DNA of 39,218 nucleotides, taken from the sequence record MZ375237.1. One strand, written 5' to 3'. This DNA is from Escherichia phage T7. Position 1 is the stretch's first letter. Each line of letters starts with the position of its first letter. Made by a program: the position numbers and the translations under genes. A model generated the notes under the pieces. The model was given only the letters and a program-made list of their open reading frames with translations, was not told where the DNA came from and made no database searches. Of this stretch, positions 29,876 to 39,218 are shown one piece after another.

Positions 29876-32800
29876 ATGGATAAGTACGATAAGAACGTAC
29901 CAAGTGATTATGATGGTCTGTTCCAAAAGGCTGCTGATGCCAACGGGGTCTCTTATGACCTTTTACGTAAAGTCGCTTGGACAGAATCACGATTTGTGCC
30001 TACAGCAAAATCTAAGACTGGACCATTAGGCATGATGCAATTTACCAAGGCAACCGCTAAGGCCCTCGGTCTGCGAGTTACCGATGGTCCAGACGACGAC
30101 CGACTGAACCCTGAGTTAGCTATTAATGCTGCCGCTAAGCAACTTGCAGGTCTGGTAGGGAAGTTTGATGGCGATGAACTCAAAGCTGCCCTTGCGTACA
30201 ACCAAGGCGAGGGACGCTTGGGTAATCCACAACTTGAGGCGTACTCTAAGGGAGACTTCGCATCAATCTCTGAGGAGGGACGTAACTACATGCGTAACCT
30301 TCTGGATGTTGCTAAGTCACCTATGGCTGGACAGTTGGAAACTTTTGGTGGCATAACCCCAAAGGGTAAAGGCATTCCGGCTGAGGTAGGATTGGCTGGA
30401 ATTGGTCACAAGCAGAAAGTAACACAGGAACTTCCTGAGTCCACAAGTTTTGACGTTAAGGGTATCGAACAGGAGGCTACGGCGAAACCATTCGCCAAGG
30501 ACTTTTGGGAGACCCACGGAGAAACACTTGACGAGTACAACAGTCGTTCAACCTTCTTCGGATTCAAAAATGCTGCCGAAGCTGAACTCTCCAACTCAGT
30601 CGCTGGGATGGCTTTCCGTGCTGGTCGTCTCGATAATGGTTTTGATGTGTTTAAAGACACCATTACGCCGACTCGCTGGAACTCTCACATCTGGACTCCA
30701 GAGGAGTTAGAGAAGATTCGAACAGAGGTTAAGAACCCTGCGTACATCAACGTTGTAACTGGTGGTTCCCCTGAGAACCTCGATGACCTCATTAAATTGG
30801 CTAACGAGAACTTTGAGAATGACTCCCGCGCTGCCGAGGCTGGCCTAGGTGCCAAACTGAGTGCTGGTATTATTGGTGCTGGTGTGGACCCGCTTAGCTA
30901 TGTTCCTATGGTCGGTGTCACTGGTAAGGGCTTTAAGTTAATCAATAAGGCTCTTGTAGTTGGTGCCGAAAGTGCTGCTCTGAACGTTGCATCCGAAGGT
31001 CTCCGTACCTCCGTAGCTGGTGGTGACGCAGACTATGCGGGTGCTGCCTTAGGTGGCTTTGTGTTTGGCGCAGGCATGTCTGCAATCAGTGACGCTGTAG
31101 CTGCTGGACTGAAACGCAGTAAACCAGAAGCTGAGTTCGACAATGAGTTCATCGGTCCTATGATGCGATTGGAAGCCCGTGAGACAGCACGAAACGCCAA
31201 CTCTGCGGACCTCTCTCGGATGAACACTGAGAACATGAAGTTTGAAGGTGAACATAATGGTGTCCCTTATGAGGACTTACCAACAGAGAGAGGTGCCGTG
31301 GTGTTACATGATGGCTCCGTTCTAAGTGCAAGCAACCCAATCAACCCTAAGACTCTAAAAGAGTTCTCCGAGGTTGACCCTGAGAAGGCTGCGCGAGGAA
31401 TCAAACTGGCTGGGTTCACCGAGATTGGCTTGAAGACCTTGGGGTCTGACGATGCTGACATCCGTAGAGTGGCTATCGACCTCGTTCGCTCTCCTACTGG
31501 TATGCAGTCTGGTGCCTCAGGTAAGTTCGGTGCAACAGCTTCTGACATCCATGAGAGACTTCATGGTACTGACCAGCGTACTTATAATGACTTGTACAAA
31601 GCAATGTCTGACGCTATGAAAGACCCTGAGTTCTCTACTGGCGGCGCTAAGATGTCCCGTGAAGAAACTCGATACACTATCTACCGTAGAGCGGCACTAG
31701 CTATTGAGCGTCCAGAACTACAGAAGGCACTCACTCCGTCTGAGAGAATCGTTATGGACATCATTAAGCGTCACTTTGACACCAAGCGTGAACTTATGGA
31801 AAACCCAGCAATATTCGGTAACACAAAGGCTGTGAGTATCTTCCCTGAGAGTCGCCACAAAGGTACTTACGTTCCTCACGTATATGACCGTCATGCCAAG
31901 GCGCTGATGATTCAACGCTACGGTGCCGAAGGTTTGCAGGAAGGGATTGCCCGCTCATGGATGAACAGCTACGTCTCCAGACCTGAGGTCAAGGCCAGAG
32001 TCGATGAGATGCTTAAGGAATTACACGGGGTGAAGGAAGTAACACCAGAGATGGTAGAGAAGTACGCTATGGATAAGGCTTATGGTATCTCCCACTCAGA
32101 CCAGTTCACCAACAGTTCCATAATAGAAGAGAACATTGAGGGCTTAGTAGGTATCGAGAATAACTCATTCCTTGAGGCACGTAACTTGTTTGATTCGGAC
32201 CTATCCATCACTATGCCAGACGGACAGCAATTCTCAGTGAATGACCTAAGGGACTTCGATATGTTCCGCATCATGCCAGCGTATGACCGCCGTGTCAATA
32301 GTGACATCGCCATCATGGGGTCTACTGGTAAAACCACTAAGGAACTTAAGGATGAGATTTTGGCTCTCAAAGCGAAAGCTGAGGGAGACGGTAAGAAGAC
32401 TGGCGAGGTACATGCTTTAATGGATACCGTTAAGATTCTTACTGGTCGTGCTAGACGCAATCAGGACACTGTGTGGGAAACCTCACTGCGTGCCATCAAT
32501 GACCTAGGGTTCTTCGCTAAGAACGCCTACATGGGTGCTCAGAACATTACGGAGATTGCTGGGATGATTGTCACTGGTAACGTTCGTGCTCTAGGGCATG
32601 GTATCCCAATTCTGCGTGATACACTCTACAAGTCTAAACCAGTTTCAGCTAAGGAACTCAAGGAACTCCATGCGTCTCTGTTCGGGAAGGAGGTGGACCA
32701 GTTGATTCGGCCTAAACGTGCTGACATTGTGCAGCGCCTAAGGGAAGCAACTGATACCGGACCTGCCGTGGCGAACATCGTAGGGACCTTGAAGTATTCA

Positions 32801-33832
32801 ACACAGGAACTGGCTGCTCGCTCTCCGTGGACTAAGCTACTGAACGGAACCACTAACTACCTTCTGGATGCTGCGCGTCAAGGTATGCTTGGGGATGTTA
32901 TTAGTGCCACCCTAACAGGTAAGACTACCCGCTGGGAGAAAGAAGGCTTCCTTCGTGGTGCCTCCGTAACTCCTGAGCAGATGGCTGGCATCAAGTCTCT
33001 CATCAAGGAACATATGGTACGCGGTGAGGACGGGAAGTTTACCGTTAAGGACAAGCAAGCGTTCTCTATGGACCCACGGGCTATGGACTTATGGAGACTG
33101 GCTGACAAGGTAGCTGATGAGGCAATGCTGCGTCCACATAAGGTGTCCTTACAGGATTCCCATGCGTTCGGAGCACTAGGTAAGATGGTTATGCAGTTTA
33201 AGTCTTTCACTATCAAGTCCCTTAACTCTAAGTTCCTGCGAACCTTCTATGATGGATACAAGAACAACCGAGCGATTGACGCTGCGCTGAGCATCATCAC
33301 CTCTATGGGTCTCGCTGGTGGTTTCTATGCTATGGCTGCACACGTCAAAGCATACGCTCTGCCTAAGGAGAAACGTAAGGAGTACTTGGAGCGTGCACTG
33401 GACCCAACCATGATTGCCCACGCTGCGTTATCTCGTAGTTCTCAATTGGGTGTTCCTTTGGCTATGGTTGACCTAGTTGGTGGTGTTTTAGGGTTCGAGT
33501 CCTCCAAGATGGCTCGCTCTACGATTCTACCTAAGGACACCGTGAAGGAACGTGACCCAAACAAACCGTACACCTCTAGAGAGGTAATGGGCGCTATGGG
33601 TTCAAACCTTCTGGAACAGATGCCTTCGGCTGGCTTTGTGGCTAACGTAGGGGCTACCTTAATGAATGCTGCTGGCGTGGTCAACTCACCTAATAAAGCA
33701 ACCGAGCAGGACTTCATGACTGGTCTTATGAACTCCACAAAAGAGTTAGTACCGAACGACCCATTGACTCAACAGCTTGTGTTGAAGATTTATGAGGCGA
33801 ACGGTGTTAACTTGAGGGAGCGTAGGAAATAA
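29876..33832 (+). CDS. 16: Gene 16, internal core protein with N-terminal lytic transglycosylase domain
   Basis: 1318-aa ORF; N-terminal LLRKVAWTESRF...GPLGMMQF resembles SLT catalytic-Glu motif. Confidence 0.95.
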   Translation: MDKYDKNVPSDYDGLFQKAADANGVSYDLLRKVAWTESRFVPTAKSKTGPLGMMQFTKATAKALGLRVTDGPDDDRLNPELAINAAAKQLAGLVGKFDGDELKAALAYNQGEGRLGNPQLEAYSKGDFASISEEGRNYMRNLLDVAKSPMAGQLETFGGITPKGKGIPAEVGLAGIGHKQKVTQELPESTSFDVKGIEQEATAKPFAKDFWETHGETLDEYNSRSTFFGFKNAAEAELSNSVAGMAFRAGRLDNGFDVFKDTITPTRWNSHIWTPEELEKIRTEVKNPAYINVVTGGSPENLDDLIKLANENFENDSRAAEAGLGAKLSAGIIGAGVDPLSYVPMVGVTGKGFKLINKALVVGAESAALNVASEGLRTSVAGGDADYAGAALGGFVFGAGMSAISDAVAAGLKRSKPEAEFDNEFIGPMMRLEARETARNANSADLSRMNTENMKFEGEHNGVPYEDLPTERGAVVLHDGSVLSASNPINPKTLKEFSEVDPEKAARGIKLAGFTEIGLKTLGSDDADIRRVAIDLVRSPTGMQSGASGKFGATASDIHERLHGTDQRTYNDLYKAMSDAMKDPEFSTGGAKMSREETRYTIYRRAALAIERPELQKALTPSERIVMDIIKRHFDTKRELMENPAIFGNTKAVSIFPESRHKGTYVPHVYDRHAKALMIQRYGAEGLQEGIARSWMNSYVSRPEVKARVDEMLKELHGVKEVTPEMVEKYAMDKAYGISHSDQFTNSSIIEENIEGLVGIENNSFLEARNLFDSDLSITMPDGQQFSVNDLRDFDMFRIMPAYDRRVNSDIAIMGSTGKTTKELKDEILALKAKAEGDGKKTGEVHALMDTVKILTGRARRNQDTVWETSLRAINDLGFFAKNAYMGAQNITEIAGMIVTGNVRALGHGIPILRDTLYKSKPVSAKELKELHASLFGKEVDQLIRPKRADIVQRLREATDTGPAVANIVGTLKYSTQELAARSPWTKLLNGTTNYLLDAARQGMLGDVISATLTGKTTRWEKEGFLRGASVTPEQMAGIKSLIKEHMVRGEDGKFTVKDKQAFSMDPRAMDLWRLADKVADEAMLRPHKVSLQDSHAFGALGKMVMQFKSFTIKSLNSKFLRTFYDGYKNNRAIDAALSIITSMGLAGGFYAMAAHVKAYALPKEKRKEYLERALDPTMIAHAALSRSSQLGVPLAMVDLVGGVLGFESSKMARSTILPKDTVKERDPNKPYTSREVMGAMGSNLLEQMPSAGFVANVGATLMNAAGVVNSPNKATEQDFMTGLMNSTKELVPNDPLTQQLVLKIYEANGVNLRERRK

Positions 33833-33852
33833 TACGACTCACTATAGGGAGA
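33830..33852 (+). promoter_or_regulatory. T7 promoter phi17 (+1 at 33847)
   Basis: taatacgactcactatagggagagg; TAA is the gene 16 stop. Confidence 0.92.
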
Positions 33853-33904
33853 GGCGAAATAATCTTCTCCCTGTAGTCTCTTAGATTTACTTTAAGGAGG
33901 TCAA

Positions 33905-35566
33905 ATGGCTAACGTAATTAAAACCGTTTTGACTTACCAGTTAGATGGCTCCAATCGTGATTTTAATATCCCGTTTGAGTATCTAGCCCGTAAGTTCGTA
34001 GTGGTAACTCTTATTGGTGTAGACCGAAAGGTCCTTACGATTAATACAGACTATCGCTTTGCTACACGTACTACTATCTCTCTGACAAAGGCTTGGGGTC
34101 CAGCCGATGGCTACACGACCATCGAGTTACGTCGAGTAACCTCCACTACCGACCGATTGGTTGACTTTACGGATGGTTCAATCCTCCGCGCGTATGACCT
34201 TAACGTCGCTCAGATTCAAACGATGCACGTAGCGGAAGAGGCCCGTGACCTCACTACGGATACTATCGGTGTCAATAACGATGGTCACTTGGATGCTCGT
34301 GGTCGTCGAATTGTGAACCTAGCGAACGCCGTGGATGACCGCGATGCTGTTCCGTTTGGTCAACTAAAGACCATGAACCAGAACTCATGGCAAGCACGTA
34401 ATGAAGCCTTACAGTTCCGTAATGAGGCTGAGACTTTCAGAAACCAAGCGGAGGGCTTTAAGAACGAGTCCAGTACCAACGCTACGAACACAAAGCAGTG
34501 GCGCGATGAGACCAAGGGTTTCCGAGACGAAGCCAAGCGGTTCGAGAATACGGCTGGTCAATACGCTACATCTGCTGGGAACTCTGCTTCCGCTGCGCAT
34601 CAATCTGAGGTAAACGCTGAGAACTCTGCCACAGCATCCGCTAACTCTGCTCATTTGGCAGAACAGCAAGCAGACCGTGCGGAACGTGAGGCAGACAAGC
34701 TGGAAAATTACAATGGATTGGCTGGTGCAATTGATAAGGTAGATGGAACCAATGTGTACTGGAAAGGAAATATTCACGCTAACGGGCGCCTTTACATGAC
34801 CACAAACGGTTTTGACTGTGGCCAGTATCAACAGTTCTTTGGTGGTGTCACTAATCGTTACTCTGTCATGGAGTGGGGAGATGAGAACGGATGGCTGATG
34901 TATGTTCAACGTAGAGAGTGGACAACAGCGATAGGCGGTAACATCCAGTTAGTAGTAAACGGACAGATCATCACCCAAGGTGGAGCCATGACCGGTCAGC
35001 TAAAATTGCAGAATGGGCATGTTCTTCAATTAGAGTCCGCATCCGACAAGGCGCACTATATTCTATCTAAAGATGGTAACAGGAATAACTGGTACATTGG
35101 TAGAGGGTCAGATAACAACAATGACTGTACCTTCCACTCCTATGTACATGGTACGACCTTAACACTCAAGCAGGACTATGCAGTAGTTAACAAACACTTC
35201 CACGTAGGTCAGGCCGTTGTGGCCACTGATGGTAATATTCAAGGTACTAAGTGGGGAGGTAAATGGCTGGATGCTTACCTACGTGACAGCTTCGTTGCGA
35301 AGTCCAAGGCGTGGACTCAGGTGTGGTCTGGTAGTGCTGGCGGTGGGGTAAGTGTGACTGTTTCACAGGATCTCCGCTTCCGCAATATCTGGATTAAGTG
35401 TGCCAACAACTCTTGGAACTTCTTCCGTACTGGCCCCGATGGAATCTACTTCATAGCCTCTGATGGTGGATGGTTACGATTCCAAATACACTCCAACGGT
35501 CTCGGATTCAAGAATATTGCAGACAGTCGTTCAGTACCTAAGGCAATCATGGTGGAGAACGAGTAA
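33905..35566 (+). CDS. 17: Gene 17, tail fiber
   Basis: 553-aa MANVIKTVLTYQLDGSNRDFNIPFEYLARKFVVVTLIG..., central coiled-coil-like repeats. Confidence 0.95.
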   Translation: MANVIKTVLTYQLDGSNRDFNIPFEYLARKFVVVTLIGVDRKVLTINTDYRFATRTTISLTKAWGPADGYTTIELRRVTSTTDRLVDFTDGSILRAYDLNVAQIQTMHVAEEARDLTTDTIGVNNDGHLDARGRRIVNLANAVDDRDAVPFGQLKTMNQNSWQARNEALQFRNEAETFRNQAEGFKNESSTNATNTKQWRDETKGFRDEAKRFENTAGQYATSAGNSASAAHQSEVNAENSATASANSAHLAEQQADRAEREADKLENYNGLAGAIDKVDGTNVYWKGNIHANGRLYMTTNGFDCGQYQQFFGGVTNRYSVMEWGDENGWLMYVQRREWTTAIGGNIQLVVNGQIITQGGAMTGQLKLQNGHVLQLESASDKAHYILSKDGNRNNWYIGRGSDNNNDCTFHSYVHGTTLTLKQDYAVVNKHFHVGQAVVATDGNIQGTKWGGKWLDAYLRDSFVAKSKAWTQVWSGSAGGGVSVTVSQDLRFRNIWIKCANNSWNFFRTGPDGIYFIASDGGWLRFQIHSNGLGFKNIADSRSVPKAIMVENE

Positions 35567-35624
35567 TTGGTAAATCACAAGGAAAGACGTGTAGTCCACG
35601 GATGGACTCTCAAGGAGGTACAAG

Positions 35625-35828
35625 GTGCTATCATTAGACTTTAACAACGAATTGATTAAGGCTGCTCCAATTGTTGGGACGGGTGTAGCAGATGTTAGTG
35701 CTCGACTGTTCTTTGGGTTAAGCCTTAACGAATGGTTCTACGTTGCTGCTATCGCCTACACAGTGGTTCAGATTGGTGCCAAGGTAGTCGATAAGATGAT
35801 TGACTGGAAGAAAGCCAATAAGGAGTGA
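35625..35828 (+). CDS. 17.5: Gene 17.5, holin
   Basis: 67-aa ORF with one hydrophobic segment (FYVAAIAYTVVQIGAKVV) and charged C-terminus. Confidence 0.88.
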   Translation: MLSLDFNNELIKAAPIVGTGVADVSARLFFGLSLNEWFYVAAIAYTVVQIGAKVVDKMIDWKKANKE

Positions 35829-35833
35829 TATGT

Positions 35834-36103
35834 ATGGAAAAGGATAAGAGCCTTATTACATTCTTAGAGATGTTGGACACTGCGATGGCTCAGCGTATGC
35901 TTGCGGACCTTTCGGACCATGAGCGTCGCTCTCCGCAACTCTATAATGCTATTAACAAACTGTTAGACCGCCACAAGTTCCAGATTGGTAAGTTGCAGCC
36001 GGATGTTCACATCTTAGGTGGCCTTGCTGGTGCTCTTGAAGAGTACAAAGAGAAAGTCGGTGATAACGGTCTTACGGATGATGATATTTACACATTACAG
36101 TGA
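35834..36103 (+). CDS. 18: Gene 18, terminase small subunit
   Basis: 89-aa MEKDKSLITFLEMLDTAMAQRMLADLSDHERRSPQLYN... Confidence 0.9.
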   Translation: MEKDKSLITFLEMLDTAMAQRMLADLSDHERRSPQLYNAINKLLDRHKFQIGKLQPDVHILGGLAGALEEYKEKVGDNGLTDDDIYTLQ

Positions 36104-36145
36104 TATACTCAAGGCCACTACAGATAGTGGTCTTTATGGATGTCA
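36103..36145 (+). promoter_or_regulatory. RNase III site R18.5
   Basis: ctcaaggccactacagatagtggtctttatggat hairpin. Confidence 0.65.
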
Positions 36146-36197
36146 TTGTCTATACGAGATGCTCCTACGTGAAATCTGAAAGTTAACGGGAGGCATT

Positions 36198-36629
36198 ATG
36201 CTAGAATTTTTACGTAAGCTAATCCCTTGGGTTCTCGCTGGGATGCTATTCGGGTTAGGATGGCATCTAGGGTCAGACTCAATGGACGCTAAATGGAAAC
36301 AGGAGGTACACAATGAGTACGTTAAGAGAGTTGAGGCTGCGAAGAGCACTCAAAGAGCAATCGATGCGGTATCTGCTAAGTATCAAGAAGACCTTGCCGC
36401 GCTGGAAGGGAGCACTGATAGGATTATTTCTGATTTGCGTAGCGACAATAAGCGGTTGCGCGTCAGAGTCAAAACTACCGGAACCTCCGATGGTCAGTGT
36501 GGATTCGAGCCTGATGGTCGAGCCGAACTTGACGACCGAGATGCTAAACGTATTCTCGCAGTGACCCAGAAGGGTGACGCATGGATTCGTGCGTTACAGG
36601 ATACTATTCGTGAACTGCAACGTAAGTAG
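36198..36629 (+). CDS. 18.5: Gene 18.5, Rz-like i-spanin
   Basis: 143-aa ORF with N-terminal transmembrane segment (IPWVLAGMLFGLGWHLG) and charged periplasmic domain. Confidence 0.88.
   Translation: MLEFLRKLIPWVLAGMLFGLGWHLGSDSMDAKWKQEVHNEYVKRVEAAKSTQRAIDAVSAKYQEDLAALEGSTDRIISDLRSDNKRLRVRVKTTGTSDGQCGFEPDGRAELDDRDAKRILAVTQKGDAWIRALQDTIRELQRK
36313..36564 (+). CDS. 18.7: Gene 18.7, Rz1-like o-spanin lipoprotein, embedded in 18.5 in another frame
   Basis: 83-aa ORF wholly inside 18.5; signal-like LIGLFLICVATISGC with lipobox Cys, proline-rich tail. Confidence 0.8.
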   Translation: MSTLRELRLRRALKEQSMRYLLSIKKTLPRWKGALIGLFLICVATISGCASESKLPEPPMVSVDSSLMVEPNLTTEMLNVFSQ

Positions 36630-36650
36630 GAAATCAAGTAAGGAGGCAAT

Positions 36651-38411
36651 GTGTCTACTCAATCCAATCGTAATGCGCTCGTAGTGGCGCAACTGAAAGG
36701 AGACTTCGTGGCGTTCCTATTCGTCTTATGGAAGGCGCTAAACCTACCGGTGCCCACTAAGTGTCAGATTGACATGGCTAAGGTGCTGGCGAATGGAGAC
36801 AACAAGAAGTTCATCTTACAGGCTTTCCGTGGTATCGGTAAGTCGTTCATCACATGTGCGTTCGTTGTGTGGTCCTTATGGAGAGACCCTCAGTTGAAGA
36901 TACTTATCGTATCAGCCTCTAAGGAGCGTGCAGACGCTAACTCCATCTTTATTAAGAACATCATTGACCTGCTGCCATTCCTATCTGAGTTAAAGCCAAG
37001 ACCCGGACAGCGTGACTCGGTAATCAGCTTTGATGTAGGCCCAGCCAATCCTGACCACTCTCCTAGTGTGAAATCAGTAGGTATCACTGGTCAGTTAACT
37101 GGTAGCCGTGCTGACATTATCATTGCGGATGACGTTGAGATTCCGTCTAACAGCGCAACTATGGGTGCCCGTGAGAAGCTATGGACTCTGGTTCAGGAGT
37201 TCGCTGCGTTACTTAAACCGCTGCCTTCCTCTCGCGTTATCTACCTTGGTACACCTCAGACAGAGATGACTCTCTATAAGGAACTTGAGGATAACCGTGG
37301 GTACACAACCATTATCTGGCCTGCTCTGTACCCAAGGACACGTGAAGAGAACCTCTATTACTCACAGCGTCTTGCTCCTATGTTACGCGCTGAGTACGAT
37401 GAGAACCCTGAGGCACTTGCTGGGACTCCAACAGACCCAGTGCGCTTTGACCGTGATGACCTGCGCGAGCGTGAGTTGGAATACGGTAAGGCTGGCTTTA
37501 CGCTACAGTTCATGCTTAACCCTAACCTTAGTGATGCCGAGAAGTACCCGCTGAGGCTTCGTGACGCTATCGTAGCGGCCTTAGACTTAGAGAAGGCCCC
37601 AATGCATTACCAGTGGCTTCCGAACCGTCAGAACATCATTGAGGACCTTCCTAACGTTGGCCTTAAGGGTGATGACCTGCATACGTACCACGATTGTTCC
37701 AACAACTCAGGTCAGTACCAACAGAAGATTCTGGTCATTGACCCTAGTGGTCGCGGTAAGGACGAAACAGGTTACGCTGTGCTGTACACACTGAACGGTT
37801 ACATCTACCTTATGGAAGCTGGAGGTTTCCGTGATGGCTACTCCGATAAGACCCTTGAGTTACTCGCTAAGAAGGCAAAGCAATGGGGAGTCCAGACGGT
37901 TGTCTACGAGAGTAACTTCGGTGACGGTATGTTCGGTAAGGTATTCAGTCCTATCCTTCTTAAACACCACAACTGTGCGATGGAAGAGATTCGTGCCCGT
38001 GGTATGAAAGAGATGCGTATTTGCGATACCCTTGAGCCAGTCATGCAGACTCACCGCCTTGTAATTCGTGATGAGGTCATTAGGGCCGACTACCAGTCCG
38101 CTCGTGACGTAGACGGTAAGCATGACGTTAAGTACTCGTTGTTCTACCAGATGACCCGTATCACTCGTGAGAAAGGCGCTCTGGCTCATGATGACCGATT
38201 GGATGCCCTTGCGTTAGGCATTGAGTATCTCCGTGAGTCCATGCAGTTGGATTCCGTTAAGGTCGAGGGTGAAGTACTTGCTGACTTCCTTGAGGAACAC
38301 ATGATGCGTCCTACGGTTGCTGCTACGCATATCATTGAGATGTCTGTGGGAGGAGTTGATGTGTACTCTGAGGACGATGAGGGTTACGGTACGTCTTTCA
38401 TTGAGTGGTGA
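36651..38411 (+). CDS. 19: Gene 19, terminase large subunit (GTG start)
   Basis: 586-aa [33 protein letters not shown]... behind aggagg RBS. Confidence 0.95.
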
Positions 38412-38492
38412 TTTATGCATTAGGACTGCATAGGGATGCACTATAGACCACGGATGGTCAGTTCTTTAAGTTACTGAAAAGACACGATAAAT

Positions 38493-38515
38493 TAATACGA
38501 CTCACTATAGGGAGA
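38493..38515 (+). promoter_or_regulatory. T7 promoter phiOR (+1 at 38510)
   Basis: taatacgactcactatagggagaggagg. Confidence 0.92.
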
Positions 38516-38669
38516 GGAGGGACGAAAGGTTACTATATAGATACTGAATGAATACTTATAGAGTGCATAAAGTATGCATAATGGTGTACCTAGAGTGACC
38601 TCTAAGAATGGTGATTATATTGTATTAGTATCACCTTAACTTAAGGACCAACATAAAGGGAGGAGACTC

Positions 38670-38819
38670 ATGTTCCGCTTATTGTTGAACCTACTGCGGC
38701 ATAGAGTCACCTACCGATTTCTTGTGGTACTTTGTGCTGCCCTTGGGTACGCATCTCTTACTGGAGACCTCAGTTCACTGGAGTCTGTCGTTTGCTCTAT
38801 ACTCACTTGTAGCGATTAG
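38670..38819 (+). CDS. 19.5: Gene 19.5, small hydrophobic protein
   Basis: 49-aa MFRLLLNLLRHRVTYRFLVVLCAALGYASLTGDLSSLESVVCSILTCSD behind gggaggag RBS. Confidence 0.75.
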   Translation: MFRLLLNLLRHRVTYRFLVVLCAALGYASLTGDLSSLESVVCSILTCSD

Positions 38820-38899
38820 GGTCTTCCTGACCGACTGATGGCTCACCGAGGGATTCAGCGGTATGATTGCATCACACCACTTCATCACTATAGAGTCAA

Positions 38900-38995
38900 G
38901 TCCTAAGGTATACCCATAAAGAGCCTCTAATGGTCTATCCTAAGGTCTATACCTAAAGATAGGCCATCCTATCAGTGTCACCTAAAGAGGGTCTT
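38900..38995. repeat. Right-end short CCTAAAG/CCTAAGG-type repeats
   Basis: tcctaaggta...tcctaaggtc...acctaaagat...cacctaaagag read directly; counterpart of the left-end array. Confidence 0.75.
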
Positions 38996-39058
38996 AGAGA
39001 GGGCCTATGGAGTTCCTATAGGGTCCTTTAAAATATACCATAAAAATCTGAGTGACTA

Positions 39059-39218
39059 TCTCACAGTGTACGGACCTAAAGTTCCCCCATAGGGGGTACC
39101 TAAAGCCCAGCCAATCACCTAAAGTCAACCTTCGGTTGACCTTGAGGGTTCCCTAAGGGTTGGGGATGACCCTTGGGTTTGTCTTTGGGTGTTACCTTGA
39201 GTGTCTCTCTGTGTCCCT
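39059..39218. repeat. Right direct terminal repeat (160 bp)
   Basis: Identical to 1..160. Confidence 0.95.

Overview
This window is not a new system: end to end it is a complete genome of bacteriophage T7 or a very close derivative, 39,218 bp, bounded by 160-bp direct terminal repeats (1..160 and 39059..39218). All genes are on the + strand in the canonical T7 order. I identified it by recognising the proteins (T7 RNA polymerase, Ocr, primase-helicase, DNA polymerase, capsid with MASMTGGQQMG start), 17 phage promoters matching TAATACGACTCACTATAGGGAGA, three tandem host promoters, and the TE and Tphi terminators. No tRNA, rRNA, CRISPR array, integrase or transposon is visible. The most notable feature is two deletions relative to canonical T7, assuming my memory of the reference coordinates (39,937 bp) is right: (1) about 563 bp in the early region, fusing the first 21 codons of gene 0.4 to sequence just upstream of gene 0.7 and removing genes 0.5, 0.6A/B and the R0.5 RNase III site; (2) 156 bp corresponding exactly to the gene 1.4 ORF, which puts the TE terminator next to the phi1.5 promoter and changes its -16/-15 bases from AA to TT. 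Together these account for the 719-bp shortfall. I could not run any alignment, so point mutations elsewhere would be invisible to me; all reference coordinates are recalled, not computed.
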